Below, in pieces: positions 1 through 13,109 of a stretch of DNA of 64,000 nt. The position numbers were made by a program, and so were the translations under genes. The notes below the pieces were generated by a model that saw only the letters and a list, made by a program, of their open reading frames with translations, had not been told where the DNA came from and searched no databases. Numbering within the stretch: position 1 is the first letter of the stretch; each line of letters starts with the position of its first letter. The stretch comes from Chiloscyllium plagiosum. Lineage: Eukaryota. Where the stretch lies: positions 27,341,899-27,405,898 of the forward strand of contig NC_057720.1 of assembly GCF_004010195.1 (NCBI RefSeq), read 5' to 3'.

Positions 1-283
1 AAAAAAAACACTGCTGCCCGCTACCGGTAAGCACTTTTAAAACCAAACGGTCTTACCTTCGTTGCTGCTCGCACTGGAAATGACCGACGGCTTCGAAGGG
101 TGAGTATAAATACTCACCGCTTTCCTTCCCGGCTGCCCCTCTGGTCGTCGTCACTTCCCCCTGGTGCTCCCGCTCTTTCTGTGAAGAGAGAGTGAAAGAA
201 AAAAAAACACCGCTGCCCGCTACCGGTAAGCACTTTTAAAACCAAACGGTCTTACCTTCGCTGCTGCTCGCACTGGAAATGAC
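1..283. repeat. ~199-bp-period GC-rich tandem repeat, probably a LINE 5' UTR (minus)
   Basis: 1-84 recurs almost exactly at ~200-283; hairpin ggtgagtat-aa-atactcacc at 99-118. Confidence 0.7.
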
Positions 284-284
284 T

Positions 285-445
285 CAAGGTCAATGTATAA
301 CTAGCATCTATGTGGTTTAAAAACAATTCAAAATATTTAATGACCATACTCTTCCAATTAAAGCTACAATATAGCATAGGAGGAGGAGGCTATGCAATCC
401 ATCATACCTTTGTCACTACTTTGAAAGAGATATTGAATTATCTCT
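285..445 (+). pseudogene. PB1: Influenza-like PB1 C-terminal EVE fragment
   Basis: RLCNP at 387-401 (flu A GRLCNP), preceded in frame by KIFNDHTLPI ~ NLYNIRNLHI. Confidence 0.6.
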
Positions 446-459
446 ATTTCCCTATTCTT

Positions 460-1480
460 TATGCATACACAAATGAGTTTTTTCCCTTTTCTCGTGTTAA
501 TACAATTCTCTTTTATTATCAAATCTGCTTTGATTACCCTTTTAGGCTCTGTATTCCAAATCATAACCACTTGCATGTGAACATGTACACTATTCTTTGC
601 CAATTACCCTAACTCTGTCTCTGATTATTGTTCATTCTGCTACTGGAAACAGTTTCTGCTTAGTTGCTCTACCAAAATCAGTACTTTGAAGACCTGTATT
701 AGATCCTACCTCGTGCATGAAGGACAATAACTCTGGCCCCTCTAATCTCTCTTCACAACTGAAGTCCTTCATCCTAGGTTGCACTCCAGTAAATATTCTG
801 TGTATACTGATGTTCATCTTAAAGTTTGGTGCTCAGTATTGACCACACGTGGCAGAAATGTGATTTCTGTGCTTCTAATTTTTCTTTAGTCAATGTGATA
901 ACTACTCTGTTGCCCTACCCATATAATTGCACACACTACTGTCTGCCCGTTTCCTCCTGAGTTTTGGACTACACAAACTCACCCATGCTCTGTTGGTTGA
1001 AGAATTCAATTAATTTTGTTAAATATGATTTTCCTTTGACGATCCAGCTGTGTGTCACTTACTAAAACACGTTTTTGTGACTGTCAATTAATTTTGTCCC
1101 AAACCTAGTTTTTTTTTTAATCACTGTTGGGTCGGTTGCCAGAGTTTTAACATTTGCAAGGCAGATTGGAAGGCTGCAGCCAGGACTACTGCAATTTCCA
1201 TCCTTATTTCTCATAGCAACCTAGGATGCATCTCATGAGGATTTGATAGATCCTCACCTTATTTTTTGCTGCCATCATTTAAGCACTTAGAGTCATAGAG
1301 TCCTACAACTCAGAGACAGGTCCTTTGACCCAAACTGGTCCGTGCCAACCAAGCTTCGTGATTTTTATCCTGCCTAATTTTCTCTGTTACCTTTTCCTTT
1401 ACTGCAGCAATGGCAGCAGCTACTTTTCGGTGACACCAGGTTTGGAGTACTCATTTCATACCTCATCCATTCCCTCTGAC
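460..1480 (-). mobile_element. Old degraded CR1 LINE fragments
   Basis: Decayed matches to RT and 3' regions of younger CR1 copies in the window. Confidence 0.5.
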
Positions 1481-1499
1481 CTTCTGTTGCCAATTTGAC

Positions 1500-2110
1500 A
1501 TTGCTTTTTTATGACATTACTCCATCATCTTCTGTGAGTCATCAACGAGCTCAATCAACTGATGAAAGGAATTCAACACCAATGAAGATCCAAGCCCAGC
1601 CTTTTTTAGAATATATTCTATTGGTGCAGTGTTCTAGTCTTCTGTAAAATATTGTAAATTTGTTCAATGGAAAATTTTCTCATCACAACAATTATCTAAC
1701 AATTCTGTTATATAGTTGCTGAATTAACAGTAAAACACATGTACTTCTATTCTCTGTTTAACCTTTTATTTGGTTGTGTTGTTCTGCACAGGGACTAGAG
1801 TCTTGTCTAATCAGTTTATTCTGATTTCATCCATGCATTCACAAGTTGCATTTTTTGTTTGGTGCTTTGCATTTCAAATTCATTCTCTGGAGATGTGAGA
1901 ATATATATACCATCTGCTACATCCAGTTTTAGCTTTTCAGTGAATTCTGTTAATAGGTGAATTTCATTCAAGTGAGATCAAAAAGTATAATTGTACTTAA
2001 CTAACTTGCTGTCAGAATCTCATTTTCGTCTTATTTGCATGTGTGTTTTGGAGAACGATGTCTTGATTACTTTTGACAGATACTTAAAATGGCTCCTGGA
2101 CTGATATAAT
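1500..2110 (-). pseudogene. PA: Influenza-like PA EVE fragment (~aa 330-480)
   Basis: YFTED*NTAPIEYILK (1651-1604) ~ YFTAEVSHCRATEYIMK; WMKSE (1833-1819) ~ WIQSE; LKLDVADGI ~ LKWALGENM. Confidence 0.7.
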
Positions 2111-2249
2111 ATAGCCACTCTCTTGAGCACCCTTATGCATTGCCATAATTTTCCCTTTTCCCTTCCTAGTTACTATTCTACTGCTTAAGATCCTTAGAAA
2201 AAATGTATGAATTGAAGGAATTGTAAATTGTGAGGAGGCAATGTGGGAT

Positions 2250-2700
2250 AATAGAATCATACAGAGCCGAAGAGGCCCCCTCAGCCCATCGAGTCTACAC
2301 CAACAGAAAAAAAACTACTGTTAAGCTACACTATGCCCACTTTTCTGCACTTACCCCACAGCTTTGATGTTATATATTTTAAGTGCTCATCCTAGTACTT
2401 TTTAAAGGTTGTAAGGATTCCCGCCTCAACTACTTTCTCAGGCAATACGTTTTAGATTCCCAACACCCTCTGGGTGAAATTTCTTTCCTTAAATCCCTTC
2501 TGAACCTTCTGTCTTTAACCTTAAAATTACACCCCCTTGTTATTGTCCCCTCAACTAAGGGGACAGTTGCTTTCTATCCACTCTGGTGTCCATGCCTCTC
2601 AATCTTACAAAGCTCAGTCAGGTCCTCTCTAAGCCTTCTCAGCTCTGAAGAAAATAACCAGAACTTACCCAGCCTCTCTTCATAGCCAAACTGCTGCATT
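2250..2700 (-). mobile_element. CR1 LINE 3' fragment
   Basis: CR1 3' tail (atagaatcat...) and RT C-terminal remnants. Confidence 0.7.
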
Positions 2701-2769
2701 CACTAGTAATACGTCTGGGGCATACACAATGGGCTGAGTGGCTTCCTTCTGCACCAGAACAATTTGATG

Positions 2770-3000
2770 ATTGTATGTATTTTTCGGCCACTTGATAGCA
2801 CATTAGCCATACGTGCAAACATCTTTGTTTCTACTATGCTGTTTGCACCAAATGGAACTCTGCTTTAATTAGATTCCCTGGAACCCTGAATTCCTGTCAT
2901 CGGAACTATATTACTGTGCTGGATTACAAGGTAACACTCAGCTGATGTAATTCTGCTGATTTTCAGACTTATAATTAAGTTTTGGCTTTGTTAAGATGCA
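2770..3000 (+). pseudogene. PB1: Influenza-like PB1 EVE fragment with motif A
   Basis: LCFYYAVCTKWN (TKWN 2847-2858) ~ LSFTITGDNTKWN; then NPEFLS ~ NPRMFLA after a frameshift. Confidence 0.6.
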
Positions 3001-3640
3001 TTTTCCATGGCCATCAAGTCTTCAGTGGTCACCTGCAGGTTCCGGACTAGAGATATGGATGCGACTACTGTATTACAAGATCTCCCTCCTGTATCCTATG
3101 CACCCTTCACAACTTCAATCCATTGTCTCATCTTCATTGATCCTGTAGATTGACCTTTCACCCTTCAAATGGGCTTTGCTGATCTTGATGAATAACAGAA
3201 GACGGTGGAGGAGAGTAGTGTGATTGACAACATGCATTTTGAAAAGATGCATTATAACACAATAGTCAGAAGACGTGAAGCACAAGGGATTAAATGTATG
3301 CTTAGATAGAAAGTTAGCTAGGGACAAAATAGGATCTGTGGTGAATTGGTTTCAAAGATTAACAGGTAGAACAGTAAATGAGTACATGAATACCTTCAAA
3401 AAGAAGACTACATGCACTCCACTGAGGGACAAAGCTAGTTGATGAAAGATGTAGAGGTTATGATAAAATGAAAGTTCATAACTGAATTACAAACCTGAGT
3501 TATCAAGTTGAATACAAAAAGTACAGCAGAAAATTGTAAAAGAGAGAACAAGAATTCATGGGAATTGATTTTAGGTAATATAAAAAGTAACCCAAAGTCT
3601 CTGACAAAGCTCCTTACTTCTTGACTGGTATATTGGACCT

Positions 3641-3841
3641 GAAAATGTGTTGCTGGAAAAGCGCAGCAGGTCAGGCAGCATCCAGGGAACAGGAGAATCG
3701 ACGTTTCGGGCATAAGCCCTTCTTCGGGCTTATGCCCGAAACGTCGATTCTCCTGTTCCCTGGATGCTGCCTGACCTGCTGCGCTTTTCCAGCAACACAT
3801 TTTCAGCTCTGATCTCCAGCATCTGCAGACCTCACTTTCTC
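3641..3841 (+). mobile_element. Penelope-like terminal mini-insertion with perfect fold-back
   Basis: 81-bp inverted arms 3639-3719/3726-3806; 16-bp TSD ctggtatattggacct at 3625-3640 and 3842-3857. Confidence 0.9.
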
Positions 3842-4702
3842 CTGGTATATTGGACCTACTGGCGTGAGCTGCAATTTAGAGGTGACTATTCCTTTAACAA
3901 AAACACAATATTGTGGATACTGGAAATCTAAAACAAACAAGAAAATGTTTGAGAAACTCAGTGGGCCTAGCTGCATCTGTGGACAGAGAAACAGAGTTAA
4001 CATTTTGAATCAGTATGATTCTTCTTTAGAACTAGAGCAATTTGAAGATAGAGGAGGAGAGACTACTGTCATACTTCTGTTTTTTGGGGGGGCTGACAAT
4101 TGTTTATATTTCATGAAGTGCAGTAGGACTCCGAGTTGTCATCATAATAGTACTATGGAAGAGGGAGACTTCAGTTACATGGAGGGAACAAAGAATATGA
4201 GGTTTTTTTTAAGTTGGAGAAGGTTAAGGAGATGTTAGATAGAGCTGATAAGATCCTGAATGCTTTTATTAGAGCAAATTAAGAGGTACAGTGATAGGAA
4301 GGTTTATAACTAAAAGTCATGGGTTTAAGGTGATTTATGAAAGGATGTGCCACGAGAAAACATTTTATTTTCCATAGATAATTATGATCTAGAAGGATGG
4401 TGGAAGCAGATTCAACAGTAATATTCAAAACTGAATTTAACAAATACTTGCAAGGTATAAATTTATAAGGATATGGGGAAAGTGCTGGGGATTAGGATAA
4501 TTCATTAACCCTACCACTAAACTGGCACAGACTTGAAGCACAGGTGCTTCCTTCTGTGCTGTATAATTCTGGTGAGAGAAATTTAGATTGAAATGCAATC
4601 TGGCAAAATGTTTATGTAACACAGTGCAATAGTAGAATTAAATACTGAGCCTTGAGGAAGAACACTGACAGATGTTCACTGAAGGTAAATCATTTCTGCA
4701 GT

Positions 4703-4826
4703 AAGAAATCACACAACACCAGATTATAGTCTAACAGGTTTAATTGCAAGCACTAGTGCTTCCAAATAAACCTGTTGGACTATAACCTGGTGTTGTGTGA
4801 TTTTTAACTTTGTACACCCCATTTCG
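4703..4826. mobile_element. Penelope-like fold-back mini-insertion (second family)
   Basis: Imperfect palindrome 4706-4803 centred on gcactagtgc; 16-bp TSD aaatcatttctgcagt at 4687 and 4827. Confidence 0.85.
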
Positions 4827-4917
4827 AAATCATTTCTGCAGTGTCACACAAGCATCATACAGCTTGGTAACTTTGTTTTTGTTTTATGAATTCCTCCAGT
4901 CTGAGTTTCAGGAGCTA

Positions 4918-5270
4918 AGCTTTTCCAAAGAGCATCTCGCCCAGACTCACACCCTGACCGTATCCCTGTAACCCTACATTTCTCATTACTAACCCACACA
5001 TCCCTGGACACTATGGGAAATTTAGCATAGCCAATCCACTGAACCTGCACATCTTCGGACTGTGGCAAGAAATCTGCACAGACACAAGGAGAATATGCAC
5101 ACAGAGAGTTGCCTGAGAATGGAATCAAATCCAGGACCCTGCTGTGGGGCAGCAGTGCTAACCATTGAGCCACCGTACTGTCCTCTGCAAACTCCACGCA
5201 GACAGTTGCTCAACCTGGGTCCCGAGCACTGTGAGGCAGCAGCGCTAACCATTAAGCCACCATGACACCC
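4918..5270 (-). mobile_element. HE1/V-type tRNA SINE with duplicated head
   Basis: Two tandem ggtggct..tggttagc A-box heads plus the central domain. Confidence 0.85.
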
Positions 5271-6129
5271 TCACTTCGCTTGCTGATAATTCAGATTTAT
5301 ATTCACACCTGAAGGATGGTGACGTTACAATTCACTGGAATGCTGGTTATGCTCCTTAACTAATAGGTAAAGTTCATGATCAATGAGCAGAATTTGGGAG
5401 AACTATGGACTTTTTGAATAAATTGAAATCCACGTGTTCAGGTACTGTCTCTTCAAGAGTAATGTTTTACACCTTTCTCTGAAATCTGTTGATTGGTTTT
5501 ATTCAGCATCTTTGTGTATGAAATTCCTATTCATTATGAAGTAAGGAAAGGTGAGTAAATGCAACAGTTGCAAAAATGTAAGAAATAGGAACAATTGCCA
5601 TTCAGCATAGTTCTGAGAAAAAAAACCTCACTGTTAAGCCCATTTACAATGGTATGATTTTTATGACATCACTTCTGATTCTTTTAAACAATGTGGAATT
5701 GAGATTCAACCTTCTCAATCTCTTAGCAAAATTCTCTCATCTATCAATCAGTTCAATGAACCTTTCTTGCACTCTCTCAAAGACAAATTATATTCTTCCA
5801 TACATAAGGAGGCCAAAACTGTACAGATCCAGCTAAGTCAAGAGCTGACGAGAAACCCAAGTTGTTTATCAATTAGACACTTAAGTGACCAGTGGCGAGT
5901 CTTCCCAGCATCAATAAATTGCAATTCTAGATAACTAACCAATCAGCGGTTGGCAGTTCTCCATTGGAGGCAGCACCAGAAGCTCAGGATCACCAAGGGA
6001 CTCAAAGCTAACTGTGAGAGAGATTGCAGTGGATAGTAGGTGATGATACAGAATTGGAGTAATGCCTCCTCACCTCCCTACCTTCCCCTGTTTCTCATTA
6101 CAAGCAAATACAACAGAATCTGGTTTGGA

Positions 6130-6760
6130 AGAAACACAACAAATAAGGTTAGGAAACTCAGCATCTGTGGAGAGAGAAATAGAGTTGACATTTTGAGTGC
6201 AATATGACTTTTTCAGAACAAAAAGGTGTTGGAAAATGTTTTTTTCATCAACTTTGACAGAGACAGAAGGGACAGATGGCGGAGAGGCCCAGTGACAAAG
6301 GGGTTGTTAAAGGTGGTGAAAGAGAAAAAAAAATTAAAAATGGGTGCGAATTAAAGTATGAAAGAGAGAGAATGGGTCACAAAAGACACAAACAAAACAA
6401 GACTCTGGGTGGGGTGAATGTAAGAAAAATGGAGAATAGACATAAGGCAGTCAGTCTTTAACGTTTTGGAATTCAGTGTTGAGACTTTGCTGCTATGAAT
6501 TAGGTGTCATTTTTCGAGCTTGCATTGTCCTTTGTCAGAACATTACAGCAGCCCAGAACAGCAATGTTACCATGACAGCAAGGTGATTTATTGAAATGAC
6601 AAGCAACTGGGAGGTCAGATCAATCCTGTGAATAGGGTGGAGGTGTTCTGCAAAGTAGTCACCCAGTCTGCGTTTGGTCTTGTCAGTGTAAGGAAGATTG
6701 CCTTGTGAGCAGCGAATGCAGTAGAATAAATTGAAAGTAAGGTGTGTTGAGGCCTGACTC
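6130..6760 (-). mobile_element. Penelope-like element 3' fragment (GIY-YIG)
   Basis: NLFYCIRCSQGNLPYTDKTKRRLGDYFAEHL, a decayed GIY-YIG endonuclease. Confidence 0.8.
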
Positions 6761-6779
6761 AAAAACATTTTAGAAGATC

Positions 6780-7555
6780 AGACTGTACCTGTCTTTACAG
6801 TGGATCTGGCTAAACCAGAAGTATCAGATGTAGATGTGAGGCCTGAACTAGTCATTATCTTTTAAAGGTGGTGTTGGATTGTACATCCTGGAATTGGGAC
6901 CCACCCACCATTTTAGAGAACTTCCAAGTTGTCCTGAGTTCGCTATACACCCAGGCCCAGATCTTTTGAGCAGCATATCATTTCAGACATTTGCTGGTGC
7001 TGTTGTACTAGTCAGCAGTTGTAGGAAACTTAAGAAAAAAGTGCTGAATATTTGTTAATCTTTTGGCAAAATTCTTGGTACCTCCCTCTGATCACAGAGA
7101 ATTAGCCTTGTGGTTAGTGGTAAGTGCAAGCACACATAATAGTCATTTGTAATCAGAGTGAAATACGGTATTTTTCATGCCAAATTAATTAATTAATTTG
7201 AGATTTTCACATCAGTTGAGAACATAGCAATCAGATATTCCAAATTGCAATGATTGATTTGTTCACTTATTGTACGTTGAATAATAATCAATCTTTTTTT
7301 AATTTATAGGATCTATAAACAATTACATAGGAATATTTTGTTCAATTAGTTTAGTAGATCTTGTTTTTCTTTGGCGTTATACACTGCAGTTTCATTTGAC
7401 AGTTTTGTGAAAATACTATGGTGCAAGCTTAATTGTGGCTTCAGACACTGACTACTTTCAGTGCAAATAGTGATAGTGACGATGGGTTGTTGATGACAAT
7501 TTATGTTGAAACAAATTGTAGGTTATTATAATGGTGCCTTAAAATGAAGATCTGT
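6780..7555 (+). pseudogene. PB2: Influenza-like PB2 EVE fragment (~aa 145-375)
   Basis: DLAKPEVSDV (6803) ~ DLSAKEAQDV; GTS-x11-GKC (7077-7127) ~ GTS-x11-GTC; NIAIR-x9-SLI ~ NIVRR-x9-SLL; LQTL at 7439-7450. Confidence 0.75.
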
Positions 7556-7560
7556 AATAT

Positions 7561-8062
7561 AGAGTCATAGAGATATACAGCACGGAAACAGACCCTTTGG
7601 TCCAACCCGTCCATGCCGACCAGATATCCCAACCCAATCTAGACCCACCTGCCAGCACCCGGCCCATATCCCTCCAAACCCTTCCTATTCATATACCCAT
7701 CCAAATGCCTCCACCACATCCTCTGGTAGCTCATTCCATACATGTACCACCCTCTGCGTGAAAAAGTTGCCCCTTAGGTCTCTTTTATATCTTTCCTCTC
7801 ACCCTAAACCTATGCTCTCTAGTTCTGGACTCCCCGATCTCAGGGAAAAGACTTTGTCTATTTATCCTATCCATGCCCCTCATAATTTTGTAAACCTCTA
7901 TAAAGTCACCCCTCAGCCTCCGACGCTCCAGGGAAAACAGCCCCAACCTGTTCAGCCTCTCCCTAAAGCTCAAATCCTCCAACCCTGGCAAAGTTCTTGT
8001 ATATCTTTTCTGAACCCTTTCAAGTTTCACAACATCTTTCCAATAGGAAGGAGACCAGAATT
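7561..8062 (-). mobile_element. CR1 (HER1-type) 3' fragment
   Basis: ORF QFWSPSYWKDVVKLERVQKR; ctctatga tail. Confidence 0.95.
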
Positions 8063-10400
8063 GCTGAAGTGTTTGCATCAATCTTCAGCCAAAGTACTGA
8101 GTGATCAATCTTGTGCTCACAGCATCAAAAATGCCCATTTTCAGCCAATTCAATTCACTCCAAGTAATCTCAAGAAATAACTGAAGGCACCGAATACTGT
8201 AAAGGCTATAGGCAGCGTCAGCATTCTCGCAATAGTATTTAAGACTTGTGCTCAAGAACCATCTGTGTCCCTAGTTAAGCTTTTCCAGTATTGCTACAAT
8301 ATTGATCTGTACCTGCAATGTGCAAAATAGTTCTGCTGTGCCCTATGCACAAAAAGCATTTGTAAGTTACAGCCCTTTAAGTCTACTCTTGATCATCGGC
8401 AAAGTGATGGAATGTGTTGTCAGCATTAACCTGCTCACTGATGTTTGTGTTCCACCAAGGTCATGCAAACATAACAAAAGAGGTAAAGTGGGTGTGAATG
8501 CCTTTGACATCAACATCGCACTTGACTAAATATGGCATCAAGGAGCCCTAGCAATATTGGAATTCCTAGCAATTGTGGAGGGAACCCTCCATTGGCAAGC
8601 TGGAGTTGTATTTCACACGAAGGAAGATGATTGTGGTTATTGGTGGTCAATTATCTCTGTTCCAGCATGTCACTGCAGGAATTCCTCAGGGTGTTGTCCT
8701 CGTCCCAACCATCTTCAGCTGCATCAGAATGATTTTTACTCCAGCCTGAGGTCTGAAGTAGGAACGTTAACCAACATTTGCAATTTTCAGCTCGGATGCT
8801 GAAGCGATCCTGGTCAAAATACAACAAAATCTGAATAACGTTTAGGTTTGGGCTGATAAGCAACAATAGGATTTGTGACACAGAAATGTCAAGCAATGAT
8901 CAAGAAGAGAGAATCTAACCAGCCATATAAATACTGTTGCTACAAAAGCAAATCAGAGCCTGGGTATTTTGCAGCAAATAATTCACCTCCAAAGCCTCTC
9001 AGTCACCCACAAGATGCAAATCAGCTCTATGTGGAACATTTTCACTTAGCTGAATGAGTGCAGCTCTAGCAGCATTCAAGAAGCTTAATGTTATCCAGGA
9101 TAGAGCAGCCCACTTGAATGGCACCCCATCTGAGACCTTCGAAGTTCATTCCTTCCACCACTCACTCAGAGTGACGCACAGAGGTATACTTTTATGTGGG
9201 CTTCCTTCCTTCTCTGGGCTTGCGTTTGAAAGATTGTGCAGTACTTGGAATGCACCTGAAAAATAGTTGAATGTTTCTTTCTAAAAAATAGATTAATGAG
9301 AATACATTTGACCATTTTTTAATCAATACATTTCAGGTAGTCACTTATCTGCTGCCACTTGCTGCTTTACAAATGACCACCTGTCTACTTTATGATTGTC
9401 AGCTAACAGATTCTAATATGGATATTGATTGGACTAACTAGAGAGAAGTATGCTGAAAGGAAGAAGTTTCCCAGATTAGCTCTTCTGTTTCTGAAAACAA
9501 ACCTTTGTTGTGGATCCAGTGTGATACCTGGGGCCCAGGACTCACCAGAAGCCTCTGGAAGAGTTTTGTTGTATTTCCTGATTGACTACATCTGCACAGG
9601 TCCCCAGAGGCAAATGCATGTATTGTTCAGTATTATCTATCTTTGTGCTGCAGAATGTGAGATTGACAGTCACATGGACATCTTGAAGCTTTTTGTCTTC
9701 AAGTCAAACAATTATTGTCAAACATGTTTGTTTTTAAAGTGAATCTTAATAAAATTGTTTTTATTCTCCTCTAACGTGGTGTGGTGTATGTTTGCGTTTG
9801 TGTATGTGTTTTGGGTTCTTCAGAGGGAGTGAACGTTTATATTTTCACATTACAAACTGAGTGTGTTAACTAATTTTTCATGTTCATTAGATATGTTTTG
9901 TTGTGCAGTAGATCAGTAACTATTGTGCTTAGAAATCTAGTTGATTGATCTTTCTAATATAGAGAAAGCATATCATTGGCCAAATTGGAATAGGGTAAAA
10001 CAGTCAAAATTATTTTGTGACCTGTGGAATATTGAGACCCATTTTGCTCATAACAGTATAATTTACAAGATACGCTCCAACAACTAATGGCGACTCCTTA
10101 GAATCTTTCAAACTTGTGATCTCTACCACCAAGATGGACAAGGGCAGCAGATATTTGGAAGATTGCTACCTGCAATTGCACATCCACACACCATCCTGGA
10201 ACTTGGAACTATATTGCCATTGTCGCTGAGTCAAAACCCTGGAGCTCAATTTGTAAAAACTCTGTGTGTATCCATCCATCATATGGACTGCAGCAGTTCG
10301 AGAAAGCAATTCACCACCATTCTCACAGAGCAGTTAGAGATTGACGTGAAAATGTTGGTCAAGACAGTGACAACCACATCCCATGGGTGAATTAAAAAAG
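8063..10400 (+). mobile_element. Second LINE family (CR1/L2-related), split by an LTR
   Basis: RT remnants (AFD; VPQG-like) at 8063-9170, resuming at 10056-10400 and ending gaattaaaaaa; same 3' end at 55355-55815. Confidence 0.7.
9170..10055 (+). mobile_element. Probable solo LTR (family B)
   Basis: Ends ...cataaca, interrupts a LINE, homologous to 62724-63458; TSD not resolved. Confidence 0.55.
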
Positions 10401-10884
10401 CTGTAGTTAGGTTCTGTAGGAACTTTCTCAACAGAAAAAGGATTATGCTAACAAGTTGAAATTGCTAAATTCCAAAGTTGGAAAATAAATTCCTTTAAAA
10501 TAAAACATATTTAACTATAAGTGTTATGTGGTGCTTTGCACTTACCTCCTTCTCACTGTCAATCTTGTTCTCTGCAGAACCTGCTTTCCTTACTTCCCAT
10601 TCACCTCACCTCCTGCCTCGTGAACCTCCCTTTCGCTGGTGACTTTACAGGTTTTGACCCCTCCCACTTAATAACATACTCTCTCTGGATTATTGCCTGT
10701 CCATCTCCCTCATGCACCCTCTCACTGTCAACAGTTCAGTACCTTTCCCACTCACTAACACACAGACTATCCATCAATCCGATGGAACTGTGGCCTCTAG
10801 AACTCCCTGACACACCCTCTCACTGATGTTCCACCAGGGTTATGGTCTGGGCCACTGTATAACCTTTTTGCTCACAAGTTTTTC

Positions 10885-12442
10885 TCTTGATTGAGTTTTT
10901 TGAAGAAGTAACAAAGAGGATTGATGAGGGCAATGCATTAGACGTGATCTATATGGACTTCAGTAAGGTGTTCGACAAGATACTCCATGGGAGACTGGTT
11001 AACAAGGTTAGATCTCATGGAATACAGGGAGAACTAGCCAATTGGATACAGAACTGGCTCAAGGGTAGAAGACAGAGGGTGGTGATGGAGGGTTGTTTTT
11101 CAGATTGAAGTCCTGTGACCAGTGGAGTGCCACAAGGATCGGTGCTGGGTCCACTACTTTTCGTCATTTATATAAATGATTTGGATGTGAGCTTAAGAGA
11201 TATAGTTAGTAAGTTTGTAGATAACACCAAAATTGGAGGTGTAGTGGACAGCGAAGAAGGTTACCTCCGATTACAGCGGGATCTTGATCAGATGGACCAA
11301 TGGGCTGAGGAGTGGCAGATGGAGTTTAATTTGGATAAATGCGAGGTGCTGCATTTTGGGAAAGCAAACCTTAGCAGGACTTATACACTTAATGGTAATG
11401 TCCGATGGAGTGTTGCTGAACAAAGAGATCTTGGAGTGCAGGTTCATAGGTCCTTGAAAGTGAGTCGCAGGTAGATGAATAGTGAAGAAGGCATTTGCTG
11501 TGCTTTCTTTTACTGGTCAGAGTAATGATTGCAGGAGTTGGGAGGTCATGTTACAGGACATTGGTTAGGCCACTGTGGGAGTATTGCATGCAGTTCTGGT
11601 CTCCTTCCTATTGGAAGGATGTTGTGAAACTTGGAAGGATTCAGAAAAAAATTTGCAAGCATGTTGCAAGCTTAGAGGATCTGAGCTACAGGGAGAGGTT
11701 GAATAGGGTAGGGCTGTTTTGCCTGGAGCGTCGGAGGCTGAGGGGTGACCTTAAAGAGATTTACAAAAGCATGAGGGGCTTGGATAGGGTAAATAGACAA
11801 AGTCCTTTCCCTGGGGTGGGGGAGTCCAGACCTAGAGGGATTAGATTAGCTTCCCTACAGTGTGGAAATAGGCCTTTTGGCCCAACAGGTCCACACTGAT
11901 CTGAAGAGTAACCCACCCAGGCCCATTTCCCTCTGACTAATGCACCTAACACTATGGGCAATTTAGAATGGCCAATTCACCTGACCTGCACATCTTTGCG
12001 CTGGGGGAGGAAACCTGAGCAACCGGAGGAAACCTATGCAGACACAGGGAGAATGTGCAAACTCCATGCAAACAGTTGCGCAAGGCTGGAATCAAGCCTG
12101 GGTCCCTGGTGCTGTGAGGCAACAGTGCTAACCACTGAGTCGCCGTGCTGCCCCAGGGCAGTTTAGGGTGAGAGGGGAAAGATATAAAAGGGACCTAAGG
12201 GGCAACCTTTTCAAGCAGAGGGTGGTGCATGTGTGGAATGAGCTGCGAGAGGAAGTGGTGGAGGCTAGTACACTTGCAACATTTAAAAGGCATCTGGATG
12301 GGTGTATGAAGAGGAAGGGTTTGGAGGGATATGGGCCAGGTGCTGGCAGGTGGGACTAGATTGGGTTGGGATGTCTGGTCGGCATGGACGGGTTGGACCG
12401 AAGGGTCTGTTTCTGTGCTGTACATCTCTATGACTCTATGAT
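10885..12442 (+). mobile_element. CR1 LINE RT region and 3' end
   Basis: YMDFSKVFD, GVPQGSVLGP, FVDNTK; (ctctatga) tail. Confidence 0.95.
11861..12156 (-). mobile_element. HE1 SINE nested in CR1
   Basis: tRNA head, central domain, ctaat tail; CR1 resumes on both sides. Confidence 0.9.
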
Positions 12443-13109
12443 GAACCACCTGCTGTCTGATTCTCCAATTTACCAATTCCTTCACCTGAATCCTAACTCT
12501 GAGTGAGTATTCTGGATATACATGGCCGGTGGCAGGAGGAACAATTTTGAAGCATAAGAGTAGGAGAGCAGATTAGAATGTGGCAAGTTAGAATGTGGCA
12601 GAAGCCGCAAGCCTGAAGGGTCAATACTGCCAAGGTGTGACACAAAATGGGGAGTAACTGTGAGTTATATAGTGAGCAGCAAGAGTTTGTGTCAGAGGGT
12701 GGCAGAGGCAGCAAACTGGAGTGTCAGCAGTGAAAGATCTGTTAGGAAGCAAAGTGTGGCCATGAGTCCAGAGGATCAGCAACAAGAGACTGGGAGAAGC
12801 CATTTGTTGGACGCTCAGGGAACAGAAAAGGCCACTCCAAAATGTCATCAATCAGGTAGTGTATCAGACCAGCATGAAATAACTTCAAAACAAAACTTGC
12901 AATGCTAAACAAGAATGCAGGCATAATTAAAACAGCAGAAAATGGGGCAGTTGAAACAAGGTCTTGTAATAATTTTTCAATAGAAAAGCAAAGTGCTGGA
13001 GAGACTCAGCAGGTCTGGCACCATCTGTGGAGAGAGAAGTGGAATTAACAATTTGAGCCAAATATGACTCTTGTCTACTGCTATTTTATTATTAGCCCCT
13101 TTCCCATCC

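Larger units (their letters stand above)
4580..5590 (+). pseudogene. PA: Influenza-like PA EVE fragment (~aa 415-570), split by a PLE and a SINE
   Basis: SHLKDGDV (5303) ~ SHLRNDTDV; TCSGTVSSRVMF (5432-5467, same frame) ~ TAIGQVSRPMF; YEVRK ~ MEMRR; the part left of the SINE is weaker. Confidence 0.65.

Noticed and set aside
3435..3812. Mirror-image ORFs on both strands
   Set aside because: Product of the palindrome
5507..5550. Candidate micro-exon before gtgagt
   Set aside because: Lies within the PA relic; no host protein recognised
7470..7490. SDSDD as PB1 motif C
   Set aside because: The flanking collinear motifs (GTS..GKC, LQTL) are PB2
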